In this document: positions 1 through 11,621 of the stretch, piece after piece | Position numbering within the stretch: the first letter of the stretch is position 1 | Layout of the letters: each line of letters begins with the position of its first letter | Assembly: GCA_965198005.1 (NCBI GenBank) | Contig: CBDAOI010000004.1 | Coordinates: forward strand, 2,368,001 to 2,432,000 | Reading direction: 5' to 3' | Length of the DNA stretch: 64,000 nt | Origin: Spirochaetia bacterium | GTDB lineage: Bacteria; Spirochaetota; Spirochaetia; SZUA-6; Bin103 | Translations under genes and position numbers: made by a program | The notes under the pieces: model-generated | Seen by the model: only the letters and a program-made list of their open reading frames with translations | What the model was told of the DNA's origin: nothing | Databases searched by the model: none

Positions 1-8
1 CGTACTGC

Positions 9-743
9 CTACCAGTGCTTGATCATCTCGAGCTCCGGATTGGTCGAGGTGTACAGCGACATCACCGGGGTGAACACCTTCGGCGACTGGGTGACGGCCA
101 GCATGATCAGGTCGGCTACGTCATCCGGCTGCCCCAGCTTGGCCAGGTCGTCGCGGTGACGGTCCCGGCGCATCCGGGAATCCACCGGCCCCGGCTCGAT
201 CAGGGTGGCCTTCACGCCGTGCCGGCCCCCCTCCGCGCGGGTGACGCCGGTGAACCCGCCCACCCCGAACTTGGCCGCGCAGTAGGCGCCGTAGTTGGCG
301 CCCGGGTGCCTGCCCGCCAGCGAGGAGACGTTGAGAATGTGGCCGCTTCCCTGCGCGCACATGTGGCTGAACACCGCCTGCGTGCACAGAAACACCCCCT
401 TGAGATTGACCGCCAGATTCAGGTCCCACAGCTCCTCGGTAATCGCCGGGATCGGTGAGGTGCCCCCCACTCCCGCGTTGTTCACCAGGATGTCGACCCG
501 CCCGAACCGGTCCAGCGTCTGCCGCACCAGCTCTTCGACCTCCGCCTTGCACGCGACGTCGGTCGGCACCGCCAGCGCTACCCCGTCGAGCGTGCGAATC
601 TCCTCGGCGACCGCGTCGATCTCCGCCGCGGTACGCGCCGCGAGCACCACGTTCGCCCCGGCGCGGGCAAACGCCAACGCCGTCGCGCGTCCTATGCCGC
701 GCCCGGCGCCGGTTACGATCGCCGTCTGTCCTTTCAAATCCAT
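9..743 (-). CDS. SDR family NAD(P)-dependent oxidoreductase
   Basis: TGAGRGIG Rossmann motif, NNAG, YCAAK catalytic motif. Confidence 0.93.
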   Translation of the reverse strand: MDLKGQTAIVTGAGRGIGRATALAFARAGANVVLAARTAAEIDAVAEEIRTLDGVALAVPTDVACKAEVEELVRQTLDRFGRVDILVNNAGVGGTSPIPAITEELWDLNLAVNLKGVFLCTQAVFSHMCAQGSGHILNVSSLAGRHPGANYGAYCAAKFGVGGFTGVTRAEGGRHGVKATLIEPGPVDSRMRRDRHRDDLAKLGQPDDVADLIMLAVTQSPKVFTPVMSLYTSTNPELEMIKHW

Positions 744-833
744 GTGTCGTCCTCCATTGTCATTGTGAATCTCGTGAATCTCATGTATCTCATACCTTTA
801 TCGACACCTTCGGCCCGACGGATCAGTACCGCA

Positions 834-1640
834 ATGAACCTACTGCGCCGACGCGGGTCACTTCAGCGGCGGCGGCCACACCGCCCCTCGGCAGCAGTGC
901 TGCATCAGCGGCTGCAGCGCTATCTGGCCGCAGGGGGCTTTCCCGAAGCGCAGGGGGCGGAGCCGAGAGACCGCGCGGCTTTGCTGACCGGTTATGTCGA
1001 CCTGGGCGTGCTGCGCGACGTCATCGAGCGGTACGAGGTGACCAATCCGCTCGCATTGCGTTGGTTGCAGCGGCAGTTGCTGGCCAATCCCGGAGGGGCG
1101 TTCTCGGTGAAGAAGCAGTACGACACCCTGCGCTCGCAGGGCGTGCGCGTGGGCAAGGACACCCTGCACGACTACCTTGGCTACCTGGAGGATGCCTTCC
1201 TGGTGCGGACGGTCTCCCTGCATGCCGCCTCCGAGCGGCGGCGCATGGTCAATCCCCGCAAGGCGTATCCGGTGGACCCCGGGTTGATCGCCCTGTTTGC
1301 GCGCAGCGGTCGCAGCCACCGCGGCCGTGCCCTGGAAACCGCCGTCCTGCTGGAGTTGGAACGACGCGGCTGGGAAGCCTCCTACGTGCGCACCAGCGAA
1401 GGCTGGGAGGTCGACTTCTTGGCTCACCGCGCCGGAGACCCTCCGATGCTGGTCCAGGTATGTCTCGAAACCGCTCAGGACGCGACCTGGGAGCGCGAAC
1501 TGCGTGCCCTCCAGGCGGCCGGTGAGGCGTACCCGGATGCGACCCGCTGGCTCGTCACTCTCGACCCGTCTCCTCCGCGAGGCCTGCCGGATAGCGTCAA
1601 CTGGGCGTCCGCCGCCAGTTGGCTGTTGGGAGACTGGTGA
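834..1640 (+). pseudogene. AAA-type ATP-binding protein with DUF4143, C-terminal part only
   Basis: YL..GGFPE, RD.IERY, NPRKAYPVDPGL, LETAV..EL, EVDF motifs; the N-terminal Walker A region is absent. Confidence 0.75.
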
Positions 1641-1788
1641 TCGCTCGGCGCGCTCGCTCCGGAACGCGCCAGCTCGTAGCCCCCTCCGTCGGTGGCCGCG
1701 CCGCCGTCATGACGCCCGGGTGCGCGGCGTGGACGATGCGCCGCCGGCGGCAATACACTTAGACGTAGAGACTGGAAAAAGGGACCGC

Positions 1789-3791
<2,003 letters not shown>

Positions 3792-3795
<4 letters not shown>

Positions 3796-5531
3796 GCGCC
3801 CACTGGAGCGGCGTCGAGGGCAACCTTACCGCCTACGGCGATCCCCGCTTCAGTTCCTTCCTGCGGCGCGCGTTCCTGGCTTCCGCCGGCTACGACCACA
3901 CCGACCTGGAGCGCCCGATCGTGGCGATCGTCGACACCGGCTCCGACTACACCACCTGCCACCGGGACCTGCCGGCGCTGGTCGCCGCGGTGCGCCGCGG
4001 TGTGCTCCAGGGCGGCGCCCTGCCGCTCACGCTGCCGACGCTGTCGCTGGGAGAGATCCTGATCTCGCCCACGTCGATGCTGTACCGCAACCTGCTGGCG
4101 ATGGAGACCGAGGAGGCGCTCACCGCCTACCCCATGGACGCGGCGGTGCTGGTCGGGGGCTGCGACAAGACCGTCCCGGCGCAACTGATGGCGGCGGCGT
4201 CGGCCGACGTGCCGGCGCTGGCGCTGGTCACCGGGCCGATGCGCACCGGCCGCTGGCGCGGCACGCGGCTGGGCGCCTGCACCGACTGCCGGGACCACTG
4301 GCTGCAGTACCGCGCCGGCACGCTGGCCGACGAGGAGCTGGCGCAGGTGCAGCAGGAGCTGTGCCCCACCGGCGGCACCTGCATGGTGATGGGCACCGCC
4401 TCGACCATGGCCTGCCTCACGGAGGCGCTGGGGCTGATGCTGCCGGGCGGCGCCACCCCGCCGTCCGGCTCGGCCGCGCGCCTGCGCCATGCGGTGGCCA
4501 CCGGCCGCCGCGCCGCCGTCCTGGCGCGGGCGCCGCTGCGCCCGCGCCAGGTGCTCACCGCCGCCGCCTTCGGCAACGCGGTGTGCGCGCTGATGGCGCT
4601 GGGCGGATCGACCAACGCGATCATTCACCTGCTGGCGATCGCCCGCCGGGCCGGGGTGCCGCTGAGCCTGGACAGCTTCGCCGAGGCGGCCGGGCGGGTC
4701 CCGCTGCTGGTCAACTGCAAGCCCAGCGGCGAGCTGTGGCTGGAGGATCTGGACCACGCCGGCGGCATGCCGGCCGTGCTGCGCGAGCTGCGCCCGCTGC
4801 TGGAGCTGGACGTGCGCGGGGTGGCCGGCACCACCCTGGCCGAGCAGCTCGCGGGCGTGCCGCCGGCCGCCACCGACCCGGCCAACACGCCGGCGGCCGG
4901 CAGGCCGGTGATTTCGCCGCTGGCGGAGCCGCTGGGGCCGCCGGGGGCGCTGACCATCCTGCGCGGCTCGCTCGCCCCGGACGGCGCCGTGCTCAAGACC
5001 GCGGCCGCCACCCCCGCCCTGCTGCGCCACCGCGGGCCGGCGCTGGTGTTCGACTCCTCCGAAGACCTGGCCGCGCGCATCGACGATCCCGCGCTCCCGG
5101 TCACCCCGCAGCACGTGCTGGTGCTGCGCAACTGCGGACCCGCCGCCGCCGGCATGCCGGAATCGGGCTCGGTGCCGATCCCGCGCAAGCTGGCCGGGGC
5201 CGGCGTGCGCGACCTGGTGCGCGTGTCCGACGCCCGCATGAGCGGCACCGCCGCCGGCACCTGCGTGCTGCACTGCTCGCCCGAGGCGGCGCGCGGCGGT
5301 CCCCTGGCGCTGGTGCAGGACGGCGATGCGATCGAGTTGGACGCGCCGGCCGGCCGCATCGACCTGCTGGTGCCGGCGGCCGAGCTGGAGCGCCGCCGCC
5401 GCGCGGGCGCCGCCGCCGCCCCGCCGCCGCTGCCCGCGCGCGGCTGGAAGCGGCTGCACGCCGAGCACGTGCTGCCCGCCCACCTCGGCGCCGACCTCGA
5501 CTTCCTCGCCCCCGATCCGGCGGACGCATAG
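3792..5531 (+). CDS. Dihydroxy-acid dehydratase family (IlvD/Edd), probably a sugar-acid dehydratase
   Basis: GGCDKTVP, GTCMVMGTASTM, GGSTNA, SDARMSGT motifs; GTG start overlaps the ftsH stop. Confidence 0.92.
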
Positions 5532-5598
5532 CGGATCCGGCTTCATGACGAAGCGACGATCGCGCAGGACCTGCGAGCGCCAGTTTCCTATCATGGTC

Positions 5599-5820
5599 CT
5601 ACCATCGCCGCCCGAACGCATCCTGGAACCGTTCGATGCGCGCGCCAACCAGTGCACGCCCATTCTCAGAGTTCTTCTCGACGAACAGATCCGCATCCTG
5701 GGTCGTGTCCGGGAACCCGAGCAGTATGGCACCGGATTTGTCAATGAAGAGGTAGCGAACGCCGTGGCGCCGGAGAGCGTCGCGTATCTCCTCAGCTTGC
5801 CGATACTCGAACGCGGCCAT
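5599..5820 (-). pseudogene. Nucleotidyltransferase-like protein, internally deleted
   Basis: GVRYLFI.KSGAILLGFPDTTQDADLF (DxD) N-terminus, then an abrupt jump to a short C-terminus. Confidence 0.55.
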
Positions 5821-6010
5821 AGCCCAGCCAGTCCGGCAGCACCCGCTCGCACCACTGACGATACTCCTCCATCGTGTCGAACGAGCGGTACGGCGCGTCG
5901 TCGAGCACCGGTTTGTAGGTGCTGATGAACGCATAGCGCCAGCGCAACTCCAGGGGGCGGCGCGCGGCGGCCTCGAATTCGGCGCGGAGCGCTTGGTCAA
6001 TGCGAGTCAC
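5792..6010 (-). CDS. Small hypothetical protein, partner of the nucleotidyltransferase
   Basis: 72-aa ORF with protein-like composition overlapping the downstream gene start. Confidence 0.6.
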   Translation of the reverse strand: MTRIDQALRAEFEAAARRPLELRWRYAFISTYKPVLDDAPYRSFDTMEEYRQWCERVLPDWLGYGRVRVSAS

Positions 6011-6127
6011 GCCGCCATTGCAGGACGGGTGCGGCCCGTGTACAACCTCCGCGGGCTACTCTGGAACCGCCAATGGCTTACCATTATGATTGCCAGATAC
6101 CATTAGTTGTGGTAGGATCAGGGTCCT

Positions 6128-6394
6128 ATGAAGACCCGAATCGATAGCTCCGGCCGACTCGTGATACCGAAGCCACTGCGCGAGCGATACCGGTTTGACG
6201 CGGGTGCCGAGATCGAGATCGTCACGATTCCCGATGGCATCACCCTGGTGGCCGCCGCGAGCGAACGCCGAATCGTCCGTCGCGGCCGGGTCGTGGCGGT
6301 CGCTACCGGCGGGGGCGCAGCCTCAGCGGAGATTTTCGCCGTCGACCGCGTCCGCACTGGCCACCTGGACGGGAAAGGCGGCTTGTTGACGTGA
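6128..6394 (+). CDS. AbrB/MazE/SpoVT family antitoxin
   Basis: MKTRIDSSGRLVIPKPLRERY AbrB signature; GTGA-coupled to a PIN gene. Confidence 0.9.
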   Translation: MKTRIDSSGRLVIPKPLRERYRFDAGAEIEIVTIPDGITLVAAASERRIVRRGRVVAVATGGGAASAEIFAVDRVRTGHLDGKGGLLT

Positions 6395-6645
6395 CGGTCG
6401 GGGTGGACACATCGGTGATCGTGGCGGCAGTTCACGCGAATCATCCGGTGCATCTCCCGTCGGCACGGTGGCTTGACACCGCGTTCGACGTGCATGAGGT
6501 GGTCGTCGCGCACCACTCCATCCTCGAGGCATACGCCGTGCTCACGCGACTCCCTGCCCAATACCGGGTATCCCCGTCCGAGGCCGAGATCGTCCTCCGC
6601 GAAACGTTGGAGAAAAACGCGCGCGTCGACACCGCGATTCTGGAA
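6391..6645 (+). pseudogene. PIN-domain (VapC-like) toxin, truncated
   Basis: VDTSVIVAA, LEAYAVLTRLP; PIN similarity is lost after ~85 aa; the end coordinate is approximate. Confidence 0.75.
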
Positions 6646-7158
6646 CATAGTAAGGACACAAGTACCCACCATGCACAGAGCGCGCGGCTGGCTAAGGGAG
6701 CACGGGCAGATCCTCGAGGAAGAGGTTTAGGCAGCGGGTTAGTGCACGGTTTCGATGTGGGAGTCATGCGCCAACAAGCGGCGGGCGCCCGGGCGGCCAA
6801 GCTCCATTGCCCTATCAACGTCATCTTCCAGAGTGACGTTCCAGTGCTATGGTTGGTGGCGTGTTCCTTGATGACATGACTTGGCCAAACAGAACTCCGT
6901 CTATCGATGGGTTGACCACGAGGGGTTGCCGGCTCACTTCTTCGGAGGTAGATGACTGGGTGGAGGTAACCACCCGTCTACTAGGGCTTCGGCAGCTTTC
7001 CATCCCTGCGCAGGCGCCAGATTGTCATGTTCGAGCAGCTGTAGGTGACGGTCAAAAACTGCGCTTATTTGCTGAAACGAGATGTGGCACTTGACAAGGG
7101 ATATCGCTGAGGTGGCAAGGTAGTGCGCAGTGTATCGATGGATAATAGCAGACGATCT

Positions 7159-7419
7159 TCAGGAGTACGTAGACTCCGAACGGCGGACGACCTTGAGGAT
7201 GACGATCAGCGATGTGACGGTGTGGATATCGTATACGACCCGGTAGGGACCGACCCTGATCCGCCACGTCTGCCGGGATCCTCGCAACTTGCGACATCCG
7301 ACCGGGCGAGGATTCCGGGCCAACTCGGTTATGGGGCCGGCAAGCCTGCGTCGCGCTGCAGCTGGTAAGCGCCGAAGCTCCCGCTGCGCGGCAGGAGCCA
7401 ACTCCACGCGATAGAGCAT
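7159..7419 (-). CDS. RelE/ParE family toxin
   Basis: YRVELAPAAQRELRRL...NPRPVG..KLRG...WRIRVGPYRVVYDI. Confidence 0.93.
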   Translation of the reverse strand: MLYRVELAPAAQRELRRLPAAARRRLAGPITELARNPRPVGCRKLRGSRQTWRIRVGPYRVVYDIHTVTSLIVILKVVRRSESTYS

Positions 7420-7422
7420 CCG

Positions 7423-7668
7423 TTATCCCGGCGGATCGGCGTCCAGTTCAGCAAAGAACTCACCGGCTTCCCGACCGCCGTCCCGTTCCCACTCGCGGCG
7501 CGACTCTGCCAAGGCGGCTTGCAACTCCTCGTCCTCTTGGGCCTGCAGCCAGTCACGAACAGCCTGGGCAACGATATCCTTGGCATGTTGCCCACTCCGA
7601 ACCGCAGCTACCTTGAGTGCGGTGTAAAGCCCTTCGTCGTCGAAAACAACGGTCATACGCTTGGACAT
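7423..7668 (-). CDS. Ribbon-helix-helix antitoxin
   Basis: KRMTVVFDDEGLYTALKVAA RHH-like, acidic C-terminus, SD AGGAGG, directly upstream of the RelE gene. Confidence 0.8.
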   Translation of the reverse strand: MSKRMTVVFDDEGLYTALKVAAVRSGQHAKDIVAQAVRDWLQAQEDEELQAALAESRREWERDGGREAGEFFAELDADPPG

Positions 7669-7744
7669 ACTGCCTCCTGAACGTCTGCACGTGTAAGCAT
7701 ACAGCCACTTGGCCCGGGCCGTATAGGCGCGGCGTTCCAGGGCA

Positions 7745-8285
7745 TCAGCGGATCAGGGCGAGCGCCTGCTGCAGCGAGACCTCGCTGAACGACTGCTTCG
7801 GAATCGAGCCGCCCGCGACGACGCGGAGCCAGTGGCTGCGCACGGCGCTATCGTCGGGTGGCACGGAGTCGATTACGGCGCGCGCCCACTCGGCCGGCTC
7901 GGCGCGGCCGCAGGCCACCGCCAGCGTAGGCTGCTCGGTCGACCCGGTTGCCGAGTAGGTGTAGCAGCGCCGGATGGTGCGACGGGCGCTGGCCATCTGC
8001 ACCGCTGTGAATTCGACGCGCTGCCGGGTCCGGCCGGGACCAGGAGCACGTTGATCGCCCGGTCCAGGATCGCGTCGAGCGTCTGGCCGGCATCCCCCGC
8101 GACCGCCACGTCCTTGTGCCCGGGCCAGACGTCGAGCATGCCGTAGGAAGCAGGCGGCGTGCGCCGCTGAAACGTATAGTGGTCGGGATAGGCGAAGAAC
8201 TCGTCGCCGGTCGCGCGATAGCGGTCGTAGAACGCGCTGGTGTAGGCCAGCAGCAGCAGACACGCGCCCAGGCCGTCGATGCCCC
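7745..8285 (-). pseudogene. Hypothetical protein fragment (frameshifted)
   Basis: Protein-like segments (AFYDRYRATGDEFFAYPDHYTF; RRTIRRCYTYS) split over frames, no clear start. Confidence 0.35.
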
Positions 8286-8794
8286 CCCGGGCTCGTTGTA
8301 CAGGTCCCACACCAGCACCCGGCGGTCGTTGCCGAAGCTCCCCACCAGGTCGCTGACGTACGCCTCGAGCTGCGGCCAGCGCGCCGGGTCGTCGGCGGTG
8401 GCGTAGCCGGGGCTCGGCGTCCAGCGGCTGTTGTGCACCCCCGGCTTGGGCTCGTCCTGGCGCCCCGGATAGGGGTCGCGGTCGTCAAAGCGGCAGTCGT
8501 CGAACAGGATCGGCATCATCGATGCGCCTGCGCCGTCAGCCAGCCTCAAAAAAATCTCCAGGCGCTCCTTGTGGCCCTCCGGGTCGGCCTCCCACACCAT
8601 GAACTGCAGGAACACGCGCACCGTGTTGTAGCCGAGCCCGGCCGCCAACTGCAGCTCGCGCTCGATGGTGGCGGGATCGAAGGTCTGCCACATCTCGGTG
8701 CTGTTCACCGCCGTGTTCGGAGGAAGTTGCAGCCGAACGCCCAGGGGATCGACGCGAACCACTCGTTGGCCCGCTCCGCGCTCCACTGTTCCAT
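8286..8794 (-). pseudogene. Glycoside hydrolase (GH5/GH-A clan), frameshifted and truncated
   Basis: MEQWSAERANEWF..WAFGCNFL then a 1-nt shift to NTAVNSTEMWQ, GYNTVRVFL, WDLYNEP acid/base motif; breaks off after NEP. Confidence 0.8.
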
Positions 8795-9063
8795 CACTTA
8801 CCCTCAGCCTCCGCGTCCGTCTCCGAGAACACGATCGGGTTCATGACGCTGGTGGCGAGCTGGCCGGGCAGCAGGCCGCCCACGAAGCGCAGCCCATCCG
8901 GCGAGCGCGACATCCACCGGTTAGGGGCAACGCAACCGGCGTGTCCTACCATTGCCCCCCCCGGAATCCTTTCGCGGCGGGGGTTGACAAATGGTGGGCC
9001 CCCCAGACTGTCTCTTCAGGCCATCGACTGCCGTTCACCGAGGATTGCTGGGGCGATTCGTGG

Positions 9064-9092
9064 TTGACGTCCTCGGGAGTGGAGGTTATTAT
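9064..9092 (+). promoter_or_regulatory. Sigma70-type promoter upstream of ABC module 1
   Basis: TTGACG-17 nt-TATTAT. Confidence 0.65.
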
Positions 9093-9166
9093 AGGGTGGG
9101 ATGCAGTCAATCGCGACTACATCTGGGTCTGGGTATAGCTGTGCCTCACCTGCGGAGGGCTTGAGT

Positions 9167-9229
9167 GACCTATAACACGTCAACCCTTATGACACTCTGT
9201 TCCCCTGACAGCCGCTCGCCGAGATTTGC
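9167..9229. repeat. 63-nt dispersed repeat, copy 1 (motif A)
   Basis: 61/63 identical to 24360-24422. Confidence 0.9.
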
Positions 9230-9495
9230 TGAAAATCAGCTCGCGGCGCGCTTGCTTAATGGTGAGGAGTGCCCCCCCCCCGGCGCCGGGCAACACACCT
9301 AACTTTTCATTCACCCCAGAAACAGCTAACCGCTCCGGCCGACCGGGCGGAGCACGCGCACCTGCGTGTGCTCCTGCGCACACCCGCGCCTTCGGCATCA
9401 CTCCGTCAACTACCGGGCCAGGCGATCCAGGCGACACCCTGCGCCTGCCGCGTGGCCGTGTGGATGGCGTCGAAATCCGGAACTCTGCGGAACAA

Positions 9496-9669
9496 GGAGG
9501 TGCAAGCTGATACTCAAAGAACCACACCAGGCGCGCGGCCTGAGCCCCTGAGTTCATGAGGCACACGCCGCGCGCTCCACGATTGGAGATTGCCGTTGCT
9601 GTCTGGCCGCCCGCGTTGCGGGCGCGAGAGTGGCAGCGAAAGGCAACTCGCCGGCAGAACTCTCAAAAT
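9496..9669 (+). promoter_or_regulatory. Conserved SBP leader (uORF + hairpins), copy 1
   Basis: GGAGGTG SD, CTG-ILKEPHQ..., GC-rich hairpin, CGCCCGC-GTT-GCGGGCG, GAGAGT/ACTCTC; homologous to 18371-18546 and 25797-25968. Confidence 0.8.
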
Positions 9670-9692
9670 CAGAGTATGGAGGAGAGATCATT

Positions 9693-11474
9693 ATGAATCT
9701 TCCAAGAATTGCACACCCCTTCGTGGTTGTGCTCGTGTTCGCCCTGGTCGCGACCGGCATCTGGGCCAGCGGCGAGAGCGACCAGCCGGCCGCGGCGGTG
9801 GAGAAGGAGATGGTGCTCGACCCGTCCACCGGCGAGATGGTGGAGGCGCCGCAGTATGGCGGGAGCGTCACCTATGCCCGGCCCAACCTGGGTGAGCATA
9901 CGGATGTATGGTACATCAGCGGCTGGGCCACCCACTGGATCAGCGAGGTGGTCGAGAAGCTCGTCATCGTAGATTGGGCGCTGGACAGGAAGATAAACAA
10001 CTTGCGGACCTATGACGTGCCCTGGTCTATCTTCCGCGGGGCGTTGGCGGAGAGCTGGGAAACGCCCGACGCTACCACGATCGTCGCCCACATCCGTCAG
10101 GGCGTTCGCTGGCACGACAAGGCACCGATGAACGGTCGGGAGCTGACCGCCAGCGATGTCGAGTTCAACTTTCATCGTCTCTGGGGGCTGGGCAGCGGCT
10201 TCAGCGAAGTCAGCCCAATGTCTGGTGGGGTACACGAAATCGTGGAATCGGTAACGGCCACCGACGCCAGCACGGTTGTCTTCAAGCTGACGAGGCCAGA
10301 CCTCAACGCCCTGCCCAAGATCTTCGACCAGTGGGTTTCGCAGATCTACCCTCCGGAGGTCATCCGGGAACACGGCGACATCAAGGACTGGAGGAACCTG
10401 GTCGGCACGGGCCCCATGGAGCTGACGGACGTGGTCGAAGACGCCTCTCTGAAGTGGACCAGGGTTCCCGACTACTGGGGGTTCGACGAGAAGTTTCCGC
10501 AGAACCGTTTGCCCTACGTCGACGAGATAAACGCCCTCAAAATGCCGGATGAAGCAGCACGTCTGGCGGCCCTGCGCTCGGGCAGGGTTGATCTGCTGGG
10601 GACCGCCGGCGACTCTCAACTGAGGTCAATCGATCAGCTAAAGAGCCTGCGCGAGATCAATCCCGAGATCAATATGTGGGAGTTCGAGTTTCGCTCCGAA
10701 AACGCAACTGCCTTCAACAATGTGAACAAACCGCCCTTTGATGATATCCGGGTGCGTCGGGCCATGCAGATGGCGGTGGATGGCGAGACGATCGCGGAGA
10801 CCTTCTTCAGCGGTATTGGCGATGCGACGCCGCAGGGAACGTTTGCCAATTCCAAGATGGGGGTTGGCACGCCATTCGAGGAGTGGCCCGAAGAGATCAA
10901 ACAGTACTACCGGTACGACCCGCAACGCGCGAAGCAGCTGATGGCTGAGGCGGGCTATCCCGATGGCTTCAAGACCACTCTGTATGCCGGGCAGCGGCGC
11001 GGTTCGAGCTACGAAGAGCTACTCGCCAACTACTGGCGTGAGATTGGCGTGGAAGTCGAGATACGGACGTTCGACTCTACGCAAGGCGTTGCGCTCCGTA
11101 GAGATAATCCAGGAGGATTGATCGCCAATATCGCGGCTATCACATATGACGCAGTCTCTACCCTTAATTGGCACACGTGTGCGAATACCGGGAACCCATT
11201 CGCAGGGTGCGACCCGGAAATTGACGCTCTCTATGAGGCCGCTAACACAGCTTCCACCGTCGAGGAGGCGAATCGGTTGGCCAAAGAAGCGAATCTGCGC
11301 CTCATAGAACTGCACTGGAAGGTCGTTGGTCCAGTTACCCCACAGTTCAACGTCGCCCAGCCGTGGGTCAAGGGCTATAACGGCGAGGTCAGTCTCTCCA
11401 TATCCGGTCATTATTCTACGGTCTTGACCCGTGTCTGGATCGACCAGGATCTGAAGCGGGAGATGGGCTTCTGA
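9693..11474 (+). CDS. ABC transporter substrate-binding protein, family 5 (DppA/OppA-like)
   Basis: Signal peptide, GALAESWE, RQGVRWHDKAPMNGRELTA.DV, VGTGP, PFDDIRVRRAM; SD GGAGG. Confidence 0.95.
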   Translation: MNLPRIAHPFVVVLVFALVATGIWASGESDQPAAAVEKEMVLDPSTGEMVEAPQYGGSVTYARPNLGEHTDVWYISGWATHWISEVVEKLVIVDWALDRKINNLRTYDVPWSIFRGALAESWETPDATTIVAHIRQGVRWHDKAPMNGRELTASDVEFNFHRLWGLGSGFSEVSPMSGGVHEIVESVTATDASTVVFKLTRPDLNALPKIFDQWVSQIYPPEVIREHGDIKDWRNLVGTGPMELTDVVEDASLKWTRVPDYWGFDEKFPQNRLPYVDEINALKMPDEAARLAALRSGRVDLLGTAGDSQLRSIDQLKSLREINPEINMWEFEFRSENATAFNNVNKPPFDDIRVRRAMQMAVDGETIAETFFSGIGDATPQGTFANSKMGVGTPFEEWPEEIKQYYRYDPQRAKQLMAEAGYPDGFKTTLYAGQRRGSSYEELLANYWREIGVEVEIRTFDSTQGVALRRDNPGGLIANIAAITYDAVSTLNWHTCANTGNPFAGCDPEIDALYEAANTASTVEEANRLAKEANLRLIELHWKVVGPVTPQFNVAQPWVKGYNGEVSLSISGHYSTVLTRVWIDQDLKREMGF

Positions 11475-11565
11475 GCCAACCGCTTCGCCGTTTGCTTAAG
11501 GAGTCGCTGCGCGACTCCACGAGCTAAGGACCCCGCCTAAAGGCGGGAGTCCTGCCTGCAGAGAG

Positions 11566-11606
11566 GGGCGCCGGGAGCCGCGCTCGGAAGCGTCTTCCCG
11601 GCGCCC
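11566..11606. repeat. Intercistronic REP-like hairpin (inverted copy)
   Basis: GGGCGCCGGGA/TCCCGGCGCCC stem; loop GCGCTCGGAAGCG is the reverse complement of the loops at 19770-19810 and 27827-27869. Confidence 0.7.
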
Positions 11607-11621
11607 ATTTACCACGAAGAT

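Noticed and set aside
1297-1788. Extended N-terminus of FtsH given by the ORF track
   Set aside because: It overlaps the upstream gene with low-complexity translation; ATG 1789 gives a normal FtsH
9625-9665. Glycine riboswitch or T-box in the SBP leader
   Set aside because: The glycine GCCGAAG and CUCAGG elements and the T-box GGUGGNACCGCG bulge sequence are absent
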